DNA of 61,608 bases, from positions 1-61,608 of the IMG/VR virus record IMGVR_UViG_3300032136_000005. One strand, given 5' to 3'. Origin of the DNA: a virus (taxonomy: Duplodnaviria; Caudoviricetes). The notes under the pieces were generated by a model, which was not told the DNA's origin, searched no databases, and saw nothing but the letters and a program-made list of their open reading frames with translations. Below are positions 8,034-17,563 of this stretch, in pieces. Numbering within the stretch: the stretch's first letter is position 1; every line of letters starts with the position of its first letter. Both the position numbers and the translations under genes were made by a program.

Positions 8034-10217
8034 CTATTGGACCAGGGGAGGCGGCCCTGGCTGAACCAAGCCCGGCGCCGGCGGCACCGCTGGCTTGGGG
8101 GCCGAAGATTGCGCGGCCTCCTGCAGCAGTGTGTCGGCGGTAGGCGCAAGTGCTGGGGCCTGGAGACTTTCGAGTGCCGTCTGTAGTGAGGCGGAAAGGT
8201 TCTCCAGGGCAGCGCGCTGCGCCTCCTGCTGGGTCTTGGCGGTTTTCGCTTCCCGCTCCTCGATGGTAGATAGGGCGTCGCGCATGGCGAGCGCCGCCTG
8301 CTCCTGCTGCTGGCGCTCTTGCTCCATGCGCTTCTGAATCATCGCCGGGTCGTCTGGCTCGTCCGGGTCTGACTGGCCGTTGATCTGTCGAATCCTGGCA
8401 ACCATGGCGTCCTTGCCTGGCAGGTCGGACAACTCGAAAACCATGTCGAGCAACTGGATGGCGATCTCCGCGGGCTGCTTGGCCACCATATCGGACATCT
8501 GCTCGAACATTGCCTGGCGGACTGTCTCGTGGAATGGGGTCTCTTCGACGATGAAATCCGCCTGGCTGGCGGTGATAGGGTCTTCCAGCTCCCCGGTTTC
8601 TGGGTTGGCGCCGTTGATGTTTACGAATTCTGGTTTGCCGCGCTCGTTGGTGATCCGGATCACCTTTTCCCAGGAGTAAAACTGCTCGACATTGGAAAGC
8701 TGTAGCTCTCCGGATATCTGGATGGCGAGGCGCAGGTTGTCGAATAGGGTCGTCGTGACCACGGACCCCTGGTTTTGCCTGGCCATGATGGCCTTGCCGC
8801 TGGTTGCGTTGCTCTCAAGGCCCAGGTTCTCGCCAGTAACGCCGGACGTCTGGCGGATATACTCTGAGTCCTGGATCCCCATTTCGACATGCTCGCGCGC
8901 CAACCCGCGGTCGGTTTCCAGGGTGAAATCACTGCCACGTTTCTTGCGGATGACGCCAGAAGGATCCGCCACAATCTCCTCGACGTTGCCGTGTTCCTCT
9001 TCGTCCACAGCATCCTCGTCCATGATGACGCGGTTGCTGGACAGGATATACAGCGCCTTGCTGCGGCGCTTGTTAAGGTCTTCCTGCGGATCCCTGGCAT
9101 TGCGCAAAACGCCATACGGCTTTCCGTCTCTTGCCCTGCGGTAGCCCCAGACCGGCACAAATGGGTACCGCTGATGCCGATATGGGGTTGGAAGATCCTG
9201 GAGCAGCTGCCCGTCCTCGATGCCAACCGCGCAGCGCATCCGCATCCGGATGGCGTCGAATAGGATCAGGTCGCCCGTCTCGGTGGCCTCCTTCATTTCA
9301 CCGTTCGTTTCGTCGTACTCGAGACCATCGTAACGGTCCCATCCCCGCACGATCTGTACCTGGGCGGGTATCCGGTACCAGGTTTCAACCATGGGAATGA
9401 CGCGCCGCCGGCCCAGCTCCCGGGCAGACAAGGCATCGGCGACCACAACGGTATGGCTCGCATCGGCGTCGTAGTAAAGCTGGCTCTCGAAAAAGTCATC
9501 GGACGCATGCGAGGCGATCTGTTCGAGGGTGCCAGACGCTTTCAAGATCGTCTCTTTGGCCCATGGGAACATGGCGCCCGCTACATCTAGGTCCAGGATC
9601 CGCGCCCGGTGCAGGAACCTGGCATCGGATAGGTCAAACTCCCGCGAGATCGGGTCGTACCACATATTCCGCCAGCTCTCGGAGCGCACAAACAGCGGCT
9701 CGCGGTCTGCATTGCCGCGAATTCCGGTTTCGATCCATCCAAGGCCGGCGGTCGCGGCCTCGCGGAAAGCGCGGCTGCGGTGCCAGGGTGCGCGATTCAC
9801 GTCGCTGAGATACTTCAGCAGCTTGGTTTTACGCTCTGCCGGCACGCGATCCTCATCGGTGCGCGGGTGGACTTTCCAATCCACGCGGCTGCGGCGCTCG
9901 GTGCCGCAGATCCACTCGATTGCCGGCTTGCACTCGTTGAACACCAGCGGAGCCTGGCCCCGCTCCTGGAGCACCGCCTTGTCCTCCTCGGTCCATTGGA
10001 TTCCGTCCGCGAAATCCTCGTCGGTGGCCATTTCCTGCCGATTCTCGGCATGGTACACGCGAGACTGGTACCACCAATCACCCAGGCGGCCCTCGTGATC
10101 CTTGATGGCCTCCTGCATCTTCTGTTTCTTGCCGCCCTCGATGGCCTGGTAGCGCGCGTCCGCCTCAACGTCTCCCAGCACATCATCCAGGAGGATAGGC
10201 GCGTTCGATATCGGCAT
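8034..10217 (-). CDS. Portal protein (P22-like)
   Basis: DG.QW...D...L..RGQ.P...N, DPQ..LNKRRSK, LG..SNATSG.AI.ARQ.QG; Gln-rich barrel tail. Confidence 0.93.
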   Translation of the reverse strand: MPISNAPILLDDVLGDVEADARYQAIEGGKKQKMQEAIKDHEGRLGDWWYQSRVYHAENRQEMATDEDFADGIQWTEEDKAVLQERGQAPLVFNECKPAIEWICGTERRSRVDWKVHPRTDEDRVPAERKTKLLKYLSDVNRAPWHRSRAFREAATAGLGWIETGIRGNADREPLFVRSESWRNMWYDPISREFDLSDARFLHRARILDLDVAGAMFPWAKETILKASGTLEQIASHASDDFFESQLYYDADASHTVVVADALSARELGRRRVIPMVETWYRIPAQVQIVRGWDRYDGLEYDETNGEMKEATETGDLILFDAIRMRMRCAVGIEDGQLLQDLPTPYRHQRYPFVPVWGYRRARDGKPYGVLRNARDPQEDLNKRRSKALYILSSNRVIMDEDAVDEEEHGNVEEIVADPSGVIRKKRGSDFTLETDRGLAREHVEMGIQDSEYIRQTSGVTGENLGLESNATSGKAIMARQNQGSVVTTTLFDNLRLAIQISGELQLSNVEQFYSWEKVIRITNERGKPEFVNINGANPETGELEDPITASQADFIVEETPFHETVRQAMFEQMSDMVAKQPAEIAIQLLDMVFELSDLPGKDAMVARIRQINGQSDPDEPDDPAMIQKRMEQERQQQEQAALAMRDALSTIEEREAKTAKTQQEAQRAALENLSASLQTALESLQAPALAPTADTLLQEAAQSSAPKPAVPPAPGLVQPGPPPLVQ

Positions 10218-10468
10218 TTATGGCAGCTCCTCAAGGGTTGTGATGGTCAGCGGCTTACAGATCGCAATCGGCGGCGCTTGCTCGGCGCCCCGGTCAACAA
10301 ACACCAGGCGCAGATAGCCGCGATCATCGATATCGGCACTCACCAGGTCAGGCTCCTCTCCGAATTCGTGCGGCAGGCCATCCTCGATCTTGTGTCTTGA
10401 GCCGGTGCGAAGCATCTCTGCGACAGCTTCAGGTGTCATCACCAGCTCATAACGTGTGAGTATTTTGC

Positions 10469-10894
10469 TCATCGCGTAGTATCCAATAGCTCTTCGCCGT
10501 TCAGAGTGACCTTGAGTTGTTGGCGCTCGGCCTCTCGAACGATCTGGTCCATATCGAAGCCAGCCCATGGCGGCATCCGTATAAGGTCGGAAAGGTTGTC
10601 CACGATCACGCTCATGATCTTGAAACAAGTGTCTTTCGTAATACCCAAGCCAAGGTGTGAGGCAATCTCAACAGATTTGCCGATCAGGTACTTGGTGGGC
10701 TCTCCGGTCTGGCTGTCGGCATACATGTGGGCGGCGCTCAGCGGGATAACCCATGCGCTCCGCTTGATCCCCGCCCGGCCAAGGCACATACAGGGCTCAG
10801 TGTCATCGACCTTGTTCGTCGCCGAAACGTAACTGTAGAACAGCGTGAACTCGGGGTATTTCTTGGTCGGCGGTCGCTTGTTGTTCCTGGTCAC
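10469..10894 (-). CDS. Hypothetical protein between TerL and portal
   Basis: Tightly packed 141-aa ORF; next ORF MSKILTRYEL within 10218..10628 follows. Confidence 0.6.
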   Translation of the reverse strand: MTRNNKRPPTKKYPEFTLFYSYVSATNKVDDTEPCMCLGRAGIKRSAWVIPLSAAHMYADSQTGEPTKYLIGKSVEIASHLGLGITKDTCFKIMSVIVDNLSDLIRMPPWAGFDMDQIVREAERQQLKVTLNGEELLDTTR

Positions 10895-10896
10895 TG

Positions 10897-12426
10897 TTAC
10901 CTGGTTCTCCAGTTGCCGCGGCGTTGCGGTTTCTTGGCGGCCTTCTTGGCTTTGTAGCCCTGGGCGAACTGCCGGAAGGCGTCTGCCGGGTTACTGGCCC
11001 AATCGTGCAGCGGACGCTGCTTGAAGGTGCCCAGCTTCTCGTCCCATTCCTTTCTATAGTTGTCCAAGCCCTTGATTCCTGTCGCGCAGCGCGTCTCATC
11101 GATCCAGCACTCAGATAGGGATTGCCTGGTCATTTCGATGCCTTCGCCGATGTCCTGCACTCTGGGCACGATCTCGGTAGGCTTGATCTGCAAGCTGTTC
11201 AGCACTTGCTCGCGCGTCAGGTTGTCGCTGCGCGTGATGTCGGTCACCTCCGCGTCGTGCGGTAGGTAGTGCATGCCGTAGATATACGGCTTCTTCTTGA
11301 GCTCCTTGGCGTAGTGCTCAAGGGACTCGCCGCTGTTCTCGTAGTAGTCGATGAACCGGTAGACGCCACCAATGTGCTGCATGAACCAGATGGCATTCAC
11401 GTCGTTCCTGCCCAGATCCCAGAAGGTGTGCACCGGAAGTTTCGTGGCCACCGGGATCTTGAGGATCCGGCCCTCGCGGCGCATCGCGGCCATTTCCTTT
11501 GCGTAGTACGCGCCCTCGATGGCGACCTGAAAGGCCTCCTCGGGGGTAGACGGGTATTCCCGCAGGATGTCGTCGCCCAAGGCCCGCCACTTGGCGGCGT
11601 ACCAAGCGCGCTGCCCGAGATCCAGGGCAACGCCGTGCTCGTCCTCCAGTTTTGTGAAGTATTCGAGCTCGTAGTCGCGGAAAGTGAAGGCTTCTGCGAC
11701 CTCCGGCGAGAAGCGGTATTCCTTGCTATCCCACCATGGCTGGAAGTGAAACTTAAACTCCAGCGGGGTAAGCGGCCTGTGCTCCTTCTCGAGGTTCTGG
11801 GCCTCCTGGCACATATCGAAAAAGCGGCCCGCGTTGCCCTCGGCGGTGGACTCGAACACGGCGATCCCGTTCTGCGGGACAGCCTCGAGGGCGCCGGTCA
11901 TGATCTCCCGGGCTTTCTCTGGGTACTTGACCGCGATCTTGCCGAACTCAGATACGTGGAGCAGCTGCAGGGTGCCGGATCGGTAGCTCGTGCTGACCGA
12001 TATTGCCGATTCGGTGGTTTCTCCAGCCTCTTTGTGCTCGAAGATGAATTCTTTCGAGCGCGCCTGCTTGGCCGGGCTCATCATCTTGATGGCCTCGGGC
12101 AGGTTGTTGTACGGGACGCGGATCTTGGTCCGGAATATCTTTTCCGCGTCATCCAGGTTGTGAGCAATGATTCCGGCCTGGAAGCTGGCCTTCCACACAA
12201 CGCAGTCGAGGCCGTAGATACACATGGCCGTCGTGAATCCAAACTGCCGCGCTTTCAATATGACGTTGCGGGTATGCAGATTCAGCAGCAGGCGCATTTG
12301 CGCCTCGTTGGGTATGAACCGCACCAGGCGACCGCGCTTGTTCGCGATCATGTAGAGATTGGATAGGCGCCAGGCCTGGTCGGCGTATTGGCGCTGGTCT
12401 ATCTCAATCCTGACTGGCGCCTCCAT
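10897..12426 (-). CDS. terL: Terminase large subunit
   Basis: ILKARQFGFTT Walker A, LLHVSE Walker B, ESTAEG, WDLG..D and HDWASNPADAFR nuclease motifs. Confidence 0.95.
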   Translation of the reverse strand: MEAPVRIEIDQRQYADQAWRLSNLYMIANKRGRLVRFIPNEAQMRLLLNLHTRNVILKARQFGFTTAMCIYGLDCVVWKASFQAGIIAHNLDDAEKIFRTKIRVPYNNLPEAIKMMSPAKQARSKEFIFEHKEAGETTESAISVSTSYRSGTLQLLHVSEFGKIAVKYPEKAREIMTGALEAVPQNGIAVFESTAEGNAGRFFDMCQEAQNLEKEHRPLTPLEFKFHFQPWWDSKEYRFSPEVAEAFTFRDYELEYFTKLEDEHGVALDLGQRAWYAAKWRALGDDILREYPSTPEEAFQVAIEGAYYAKEMAAMRREGRILKIPVATKLPVHTFWDLGRNDVNAIWFMQHIGGVYRFIDYYENSGESLEHYAKELKKKPYIYGMHYLPHDAEVTDITRSDNLTREQVLNSLQIKPTEIVPRVQDIGEGIEMTRQSLSECWIDETRCATGIKGLDNYRKEWDEKLGTFKQRPLHDWASNPADAFRQFAQGYKAKKAAKKPQRRGNWRTR

Positions 12427-12429
12427 CCA

Positions 12430-13014
12430 TCATTCAGAATCAAATTGGCTGCGGGCGGCCAGCGAAAGGTCAAACTTCAATGTCCCCGGCTTGCCGGTGT
12501 CGCTGTTCTTCTGCACGAAGTTGAATAGGTCTCTCAGCACTGAGCTCTCATCTGCTTTGGCCTTATTCTTTGCCCCAAAGCCAAGCATTTCAGCTGTCCT
12601 GGCCAAGCATGACTCCCGATTAACAAAGGTTAGCTTGAACATTCCGCCCTGCATCGGGGTGATGGAGGCAATGGCCCTGCGCTCTGCTTCCGGAATCTCA
12701 TCCCATGGCCGCAAGTCACCGACATCATTCAGTATTTTCGAGATATCGAAATCCGCGAGCTGCCAAAGCCGCTGCACAATTTCATCCTCGGTGATGTGGT
12801 TACGCTCTGCAGTTGCCTCGGCTTTCGCGGCCAGGTACAACTTCGCCTCTTCGCGTCTCAGTAAGCGCGAAGCGGCGGCAGCGGCGGCTTTCCCGGTGGC
12901 GCGATAATGCCGCGCATAAACAGTGCCTTGAGCCTCATCTGGGTGGGCGTACAGATCATCCAGAAAGAATATCTGCAGCGGCGTGAGCTTCTTGGCCTTT
13001 GTCTTCTTCGGCAT
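12430..13014 (-). CDS. terS: Terminase small subunit
   Basis: LTP.Q..F, ASRLL, ITEDEIVQRLWQLADFDI; directly upstream of terL. Confidence 0.85.
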   Translation of the reverse strand: MPKKTKAKKLTPLQIFFLDDLYAHPDEAQGTVYARHYRATGKAAAAAASRLLRREEAKLYLAAKAEATAERNHITEDEIVQRLWQLADFDISKILNDVGDLRPWDEIPEAERRAIASITPMQGGMFKLTFVNRESCLARTAEMLGFGAKNKAKADESSVLRDLFNFVQKNSDTGKPGTLKFDLSLAARSQFDSE

Positions 13015-13016
13015 AA

Positions 13017-13044
13017 GAAAAAAGGCCCGCGTCGCGGCGGGCCA
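13017..13044 (-). terminator. Rho-independent terminator just upstream of terS
   Basis: Minus strand GGCCCGC-CGCGAC-GCGGGCC-TTTTTTCTT then ATG. Confidence 0.8.
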
Positions 13045-13105
13045 GTCCTTGAATCACCATTTCGGGGGTGGGTATCTTCACAGGCAGCTGTGGAGCATGG
13101 CGATA

Positions 13106-13134
13106 ACAGTAGTGAAAACGGCAGGGTTTGCCAA
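13106..13134 (-). promoter_or_regulatory. Putative sigma70 late promoter
   Basis: TTGGCA-17 bp-TACTGT on minus strand, pointing at terminator and terS. Confidence 0.65.
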
Positions 13135-13185
13135 CTATTTCAGTAACTTAACCGTGCACGGTATTAGGATATATGCCGCGTGCGA

Positions 13186-14208
13186 TCAGTCTGACGCATT
13201 TCCTGGGGCAAAGGGGGGATTTTCCCCTGTTTCATTGCTGAGCGCCGTCGCGATTGCGGCAAGGTCATTCCTCGCAGCGACCAGGTGCAATTCTGCGAAG
13301 GGTTCTTTGATGGCTGTCATCTTCACAACATCCGACACGAAACGGCGCCACAGCGAGTCAAAACCACGGTGCGAGTCTGTATCTGGGTCGTGGTATGGCT
13401 TTCCAAGGCGACTGACGATCAGGTATGGATCCCGGTGCGTCGGGGCCATCGATCGCAGGATATTGACTGCTGACCGCATAAATCCATCCGGATCCCAGGG
13501 CACTATGTCGTCGCCAATCAAGATTCCCCCGGACTTGATATGGCCCGGGCCTAATGTCAGGAGCTCGCGGCGGGTTGCTCCGGTTATCAGCTTGAGCGCG
13601 ACGTAGCACTTGCCGATCTGCAGGGTTCGGCGACGCCGGCGGTCGATATTCTCATCGATGCCCATGAACATAATCTCGCTGATCTCCCAGGGCTCAAGAT
13701 ATCTCCGGAGTATTGGGCGGTCCTTGCGTGGCGGCTCGAGTAGGGGATTTTCATCCACAAGGCCCCAGATAGCGGCCTGGCTCAGGCAGTTTGTAAGCAC
13801 GTCGATGTCGTTGGCGGCGCTGGTGATGCCATTGCCGACGCCGCGCCACTGCCGGCGAGCAGATAAATCAAGATATTTGCTGGCATGATCGTGAGTAACG
13901 CTTTCCATGCGCACATGCCCGAAAACCGGGCGCAGACGCCGAAAGCTGGTGATGTATATCTCTGCCCTGGCCCGCGGCATGTTGGGTATCTCGGATACCA
14001 GCATCCGGTCGAACAGGTCTCCGATCGTCACGGTGTCCGCCGGGTAGGTCTCCGCTAATTTTCTGGCCCACTCGTCCCAGGCCTCATCCAGTGTACGGCC
14101 CAGCTTGTACTCCTGGCAGTCGTCCCACAGCAGCTCCAAGCCAGGCGGAACCCTATACCAATAGAAACCCCTGCGGTGGCGCCAACGCGCGGGCAGCTGG
14201 TCACTCAT
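13186..14208 (-). CDS. Tyrosine-integrase-derived protein, apparently catalytically inactive
   Basis: Arm-binding N-terminus (RGFYWYRVP..KLG), core-binding (WGLVDENP), LITGATRRELL; HxxR, late His and Tyr region absent. Confidence 0.75.
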   Translation of the reverse strand: MSDQLPARWRHRRGFYWYRVPPGLELLWDDCQEYKLGRTLDEAWDEWARKLAETYPADTVTIGDLFDRMLVSEIPNMPRARAEIYITSFRRLRPVFGHVRMESVTHDHASKYLDLSARRQWRGVGNGITSAANDIDVLTNCLSQAAIWGLVDENPLLEPPRKDRPILRRYLEPWEISEIMFMGIDENIDRRRRRTLQIGKCYVALKLITGATRRELLTLGPGHIKSGGILIGDDIVPWDPDGFMRSAVNILRSMAPTHRDPYLIVSRLGKPYHDPDTDSHRGFDSLWRRFVSDVVKMTAIKEPFAELHLVAARNDLAAIATALSNETGENPPFAPGNASD

Positions 14209-14446
14209 TGGGGGCTAGTTCGGGCGCGAAGTAATAGACTTCGGCGACCGCCTGCTGCTGCATGGAGCAGATCAGATCATTGCCCTTGTAGACGTGGTAG
14301 AGCCCAATCCCGTAGGTGCCGAAATTTTGCAGCTCGTAGTCGATCCTGGTTATCTCCTCGAATCCGACCTGGAACTGGACCGGATACTCACCCTCCCGGT
14401 GGGGCTCCAGGCCCACCAGGGTCTTGATCTTGGGCTTGTCAGGCAT
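14201..14446 (-). CDS. Hypothetical protein
   Basis: MPDKPK start overlaps upstream stop; packed early operon. Confidence 0.55.
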   Translation of the reverse strand: MPDKPKIKTLVGLEPHREGEYPVQFQVGFEEITRIDYELQNFGTYGIGLYHVYKGNDLICSMQQQAVAEVYYFAPELAPNE

Positions 14447-14669
14447 CTTCGTCGTCCTCCAGGAATACAACAGCATGGGCCATGCCGATAAAAACGAGCC
14501 AGGTGGCCAGCAGCCGAGTGCGCCATCCGTACTCGTTAAGCACGGTGTTCGACGCGATAATTGGTCCCTGACCATGACCAAGGTCTATATCCACTCCCTT
14601 GATAATCATTGGCCCGTCCTTCTCCCAGGTCAGCAAGCTGCCTTTTTTGTAGCTGGCGCGGTCAGGCAT
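14439..14669 (-). CDS. Hypothetical protein
   Basis: Overlapping start/stop chain. Confidence 0.55.
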   Translation of the reverse strand: MPDRASYKKGSLLTWEKDGPMIIKGVDIDLGHGQGPIIASNTVLNEYGWRTRLLATWLVFIGMAHAVVFLEDDEDA

Positions 14670-14973
14670 TGGGGTCCACCTCGATGTCCTTCAGGTCCAG
14701 GCGCTTGCCCTCGCGGGGGAACTCGACTACCCCGTCTCGCTTCCTGGCGATCAGGTCGTCGTTCAGCTCCTTGGCCAGGTCTGGCATGGAGGTGGTCAAC
14801 AGGTGGTCGATCAGCGCCGCCTGGTACTCGATCATCGCCAGGAACGTGTCGCCCAGCAGCTCCGGGTGCTCCTCCTGGATCTTGTCGTAGATAGCGGTCC
14901 TGGCCTCCGGGCCTTGTGCATCGGTGAGCTGGCGCAGGTAATGCTCCACCTCGTCGTTCATGTCTTCATTCAT
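14662..14973 (-). CDS. Hypothetical protein
   Basis: Overlapping start/stop chain. Confidence 0.6.
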   Translation of the reverse strand: MNEDMNDEVEHYLRQLTDAQGPEARTAIYDKIQEEHPELLGDTFLAMIEYQAALIDHLLTTSMPDLAKELNDDLIARKRDGVVEFPREGKRLDLKDIEVDPNA

Positions 14974-15391
14974 TTTGCTTGGCCCTCTTAGGCATGATGG
15001 TTTTCACGATGGGGTAGCGCTCCCCCTTCTGGATGATGATCTGAAGGCCTTGGTATCGGTAGGCCTCGGTCTCGTTACCCGGGTCGGCGTCCATTGCCTC
15101 CTGGGCGATCCGCTCGATCCAGCTCAGGATCCCCTCTTCGTCGTCGAGCTTGGTGTTGTGCCAGATTTTCCGGCAGCGAATGCTGGCCCGGTCAATGGCG
15201 TGCCGGGATACCTCGATGTCCGGCAGCTTGGTCCCGCGGCGATCGAGCTCAGCCTGGGCAAAATGCCAGCCTTTCGCCGCCTCGTTGACCATCCAGCGCA
15301 GGTAGCTCGCGGGGATCCGCGTGTACAGCTCTCCCTTGTGCTTGCCGTGGCCGATCCTCAGGTGGTGGGTGTCGTGGGCTGGATTGCTCAT
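14966..15391 (-). CDS. DUF3820/QSregVF_b-like domain protein
   Basis: IGHGKHKGE....IPASYLRWM motif. Confidence 0.65.
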   Translation of the reverse strand: MSNPAHDTHHLRIGHGKHKGELYTRIPASYLRWMVNEAAKGWHFAQAELDRRGTKLPDIEVSRHAIDRASIRCRKIWHNTKLDDEEGILSWIERIAQEAMDADPGNETEAYRYQGLQIIIQKGERYPIVKTIMPKRAKQNE

Positions 15392-16731
15392 TTCAATACA
15401 TTCCCTGCGTAGCGGTCATGCAGCTTATTGGCCACCGCGCGCGACTCGTCGCTCATACGCGATATATGCACAACCTCGCCAGTGTGCGGGTTGGTTATCG
15501 TGTCATCGAATCGCTTCATCGCCTTATTGTTTCTGCGCTCCTCCCGGTCTGCCCAAACGCGGAACATTTTGGGGCTTATCCGAGCCCAAAACGGGGGGTT
15601 GCCGATGGTCTGGCAGACTTCCGGCCCCAGCTCGGTAATCATGTCGATGTGCTTACCTGGCAGGTAGATGGAGATATCCAGGTCGCGCCACTTGAAGTGT
15701 CTCTCGCCGCGCAGATGCGTCTTGACGTTCGATTGCTTGCCGCCTTTCAGGTGTCGATGATGGGCGGAAACCCAATGGATGATCTTCTTTCGCTTTCCGC
15801 TCGGCGTCAGCGCGGTCTGGCGGTCCTTAAACAGCTTCAGGGCCTCCTCCATTGTGAGCATGAAGTTTACCCGCCCTCGGCTGTCTGATGCCGACAGATA
15901 CCAGCTCGATTCGATCTGCTGGAACGTGTTTATCATCATGGCGGCGACGGTTGGGGCGGTCCATTTTTCACTCTTTCGGTCGGCTGGCGACATGAACATG
16001 TTGTACCCGCTTTTGATCCACCGCACCGTCTTGTAGCCATTCCCTCTGCCGTGGCTTCGGCCTTTGCGCCTGGGGATATACAGGTAGTGCTCGGTCAAAT
16101 ACTCCATAACGTCGATCTTTCCTGTTTCCGGGCAGATCGAGACCATCGCCCGAAAGCTGTCCTCCTTGCTGTCGTGTTTCCAGTGGTAGACCTCCTGCAG
16201 CTCATAGGCGTGCCCTGGAGTCCTGAATCGGTACAACGGCGGGGGGAAGGTCAGCTTTCGCAGGATGAAAAAAACATGCTTTGCCGCGTTCTTCTCTGAT
16301 CGGTCGGTACGAAGACCGACAAAGGCGAACGTCGGCAGGCCAAACTCAAGATTCACTCTTGGGTTCTTCTGCAGGCTATCGTTCCACACTTGTCCCTCGG
16401 CGGGGATCAATGGGCCAAGCAGGCGCATATCCGCCCACTCTTTGCGCTCGACGCACAGCGCGTCGTTCTCCTTCATCCTCGCTATTTGTGTATCGCTGGC
16501 CTTCGCAGCCAAGTGCGATAACGCGGCCTCGGCGTTCTGCACCACCTCGTCGACCGTCATAAACTCACGGTAGCCGTAAGCCAGGTCAATCCGGTTGATT
16601 TTCTTTTCCCGCCGCTTACCTCGGCGCTTGAGGGCTCCCTTCATCGCCCCCCAGGTTTTCGGGATCCGGTCGCGCCTCCCGTACAGGAATATTGCCACCG
16701 TCTCCTGGGCAGCTGTCATTACTGCGTTCAT
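15388..16731 (-). CDS. Hypothetical basic protein, 447 aa
   Basis: Long ORF; C-terminal HWVSAHHR...VKTHLRG motif. Confidence 0.7.
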   Translation of the reverse strand: MNAVMTAAQETVAIFLYGRRDRIPKTWGAMKGALKRRGKRREKKINRIDLAYGYREFMTVDEVVQNAEAALSHLAAKASDTQIARMKENDALCVERKEWADMRLLGPLIPAEGQVWNDSLQKNPRVNLEFGLPTFAFVGLRTDRSEKNAAKHVFFILRKLTFPPPLYRFRTPGHAYELQEVYHWKHDSKEDSFRAMVSICPETGKIDVMEYLTEHYLYIPRRKGRSHGRGNGYKTVRWIKSGYNMFMSPADRKSEKWTAPTVAAMMINTFQQIESSWYLSASDSRGRVNFMLTMEEALKLFKDRQTALTPSGKRKKIIHWVSAHHRHLKGGKQSNVKTHLRGERHFKWRDLDISIYLPGKHIDMITELGPEVCQTIGNPPFWARISPKMFRVWADREERRNNKAMKRFDDTITNPHTGEVVHISRMSDESRAVANKLHDRYAGNVLK

Positions 16732-16798
16732 GCGTTTCTTCCTCTTGTTGTCAGGTGTAAAACTCAGGCCTGGTTAAATCTTGTTTTTTTGGGCGGGT

Positions 16799-17098
16799 TC
16801 AGGAATCTGGTTTGACCTCCAGGCCGCAGACGTCGCAGGTAAGCGGGTTCTCGACACACGCCGAGCAAGGCGGCGAGATGTGGCAAGCGCAATTCTCTGG
16901 CGTCTGGTACTCCAGGTGGCCGGCGCACTCCTCGATCGGGCAGGGGCAACCCTCCTGGTGGCCTCCACCGAAGTCCTCATCGGGCCAGCCGCAATCCTCG
17001 CAATAGACGTCTACGCCCTCCTGGGTGCCGTTGGTGTTCACCACTTTGATGCCCTGGCGGCTCTGGCACTGCGGGCAGACCTCCGGCACGTCAGACAT
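16799..17098 (-). CDS. Cys-rich zinc-binding protein
   Basis: Multiple CxxC and CACHISPPCSAC. Confidence 0.6.
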   Translation of the reverse strand: MSDVPEVCPQCQSRQGIKVVNTNGTQEGVDVYCEDCGWPDEDFGGGHQEGCPCPIEECAGHLEYQTPENCACHISPPCSACVENPLTCDVCGLEVKPDS

Positions 17099-17375
17099 TG
17101 ATGAACCCCTCCCGGATCCAAAACAGCTGGGTGCGGACCATGCCCTCGAGGTGCATCAGCTTGAGCTCGTCGCGGGTGTAGTGGGTCTTGTGGTGGCCGT
17201 CGATGGCCTGGTGGCACTGGTAGCAGCAGAAGGCCCCGAGCAAGTCGGGGTGTTTCCGGCCCATTCCGGCCCCGCCCAGGTGGGCCAGGACGGTTGTGCC
17301 AACGCCGCCGCTACAGACGCCAGGGATCCGCACCAAGCACTCCTGGCCCTGGGCAGACTTGCGCAGCTTGCTCAC
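17091..17375 (-). CDS. DUF1364/YbcO-like protein
   Basis: KLRKSA.GQEC.VRIPGVC...TTVLAH...GMG.K..D..GAF.C..CH..IDG. Confidence 0.85.
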   Translation of the reverse strand: MSKLRKSAQGQECLVRIPGVCSGGVGTTVLAHLGGAGMGRKHPDLLGAFCCYQCHQAIDGHHKTHYTRDELKLMHLEGMVRTQLFWIREGFINV

Positions 17376-17563
17376 AGTAGCCTCGCCAGGCCGCAGACGT
17401 AGATTGTTACCTGGTGGTCGGCGCCCTGCTCGTCGAACCGGACGTCCTGGCCTACCTCCTTGAAGGCCATGCAGTTAGTGCTTTCACACCACCGATCGGC
17501 GTCGAAGTTGGCCAGCTTCATAGGGCACAGCATTTCCTTGGCCTCCTTCTCAGTCACTCGCAT
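17372..17563 (-). CDS. Small Cys-containing hypothetical protein
   Basis: VTEKEAKEMLCP...C...CMAF...YVCGLA. Confidence 0.55.
   Translation of the reverse strand: MRVTEKEAKEMLCPMKLANFDADRWCESTNCMAFKEVGQDVRFDEQGADHQVTIYVCGLARLL

Noticed and set aside
7023-8186. 387-aa plus-strand ORF
   Set aside because: Antisense shadow of scaffold/portal in GC-rich DNA
13141-13185. attP next to the integrase-like gene
   Set aside because: No tRNA-like core or repeated arm sites seen; only a palindrome
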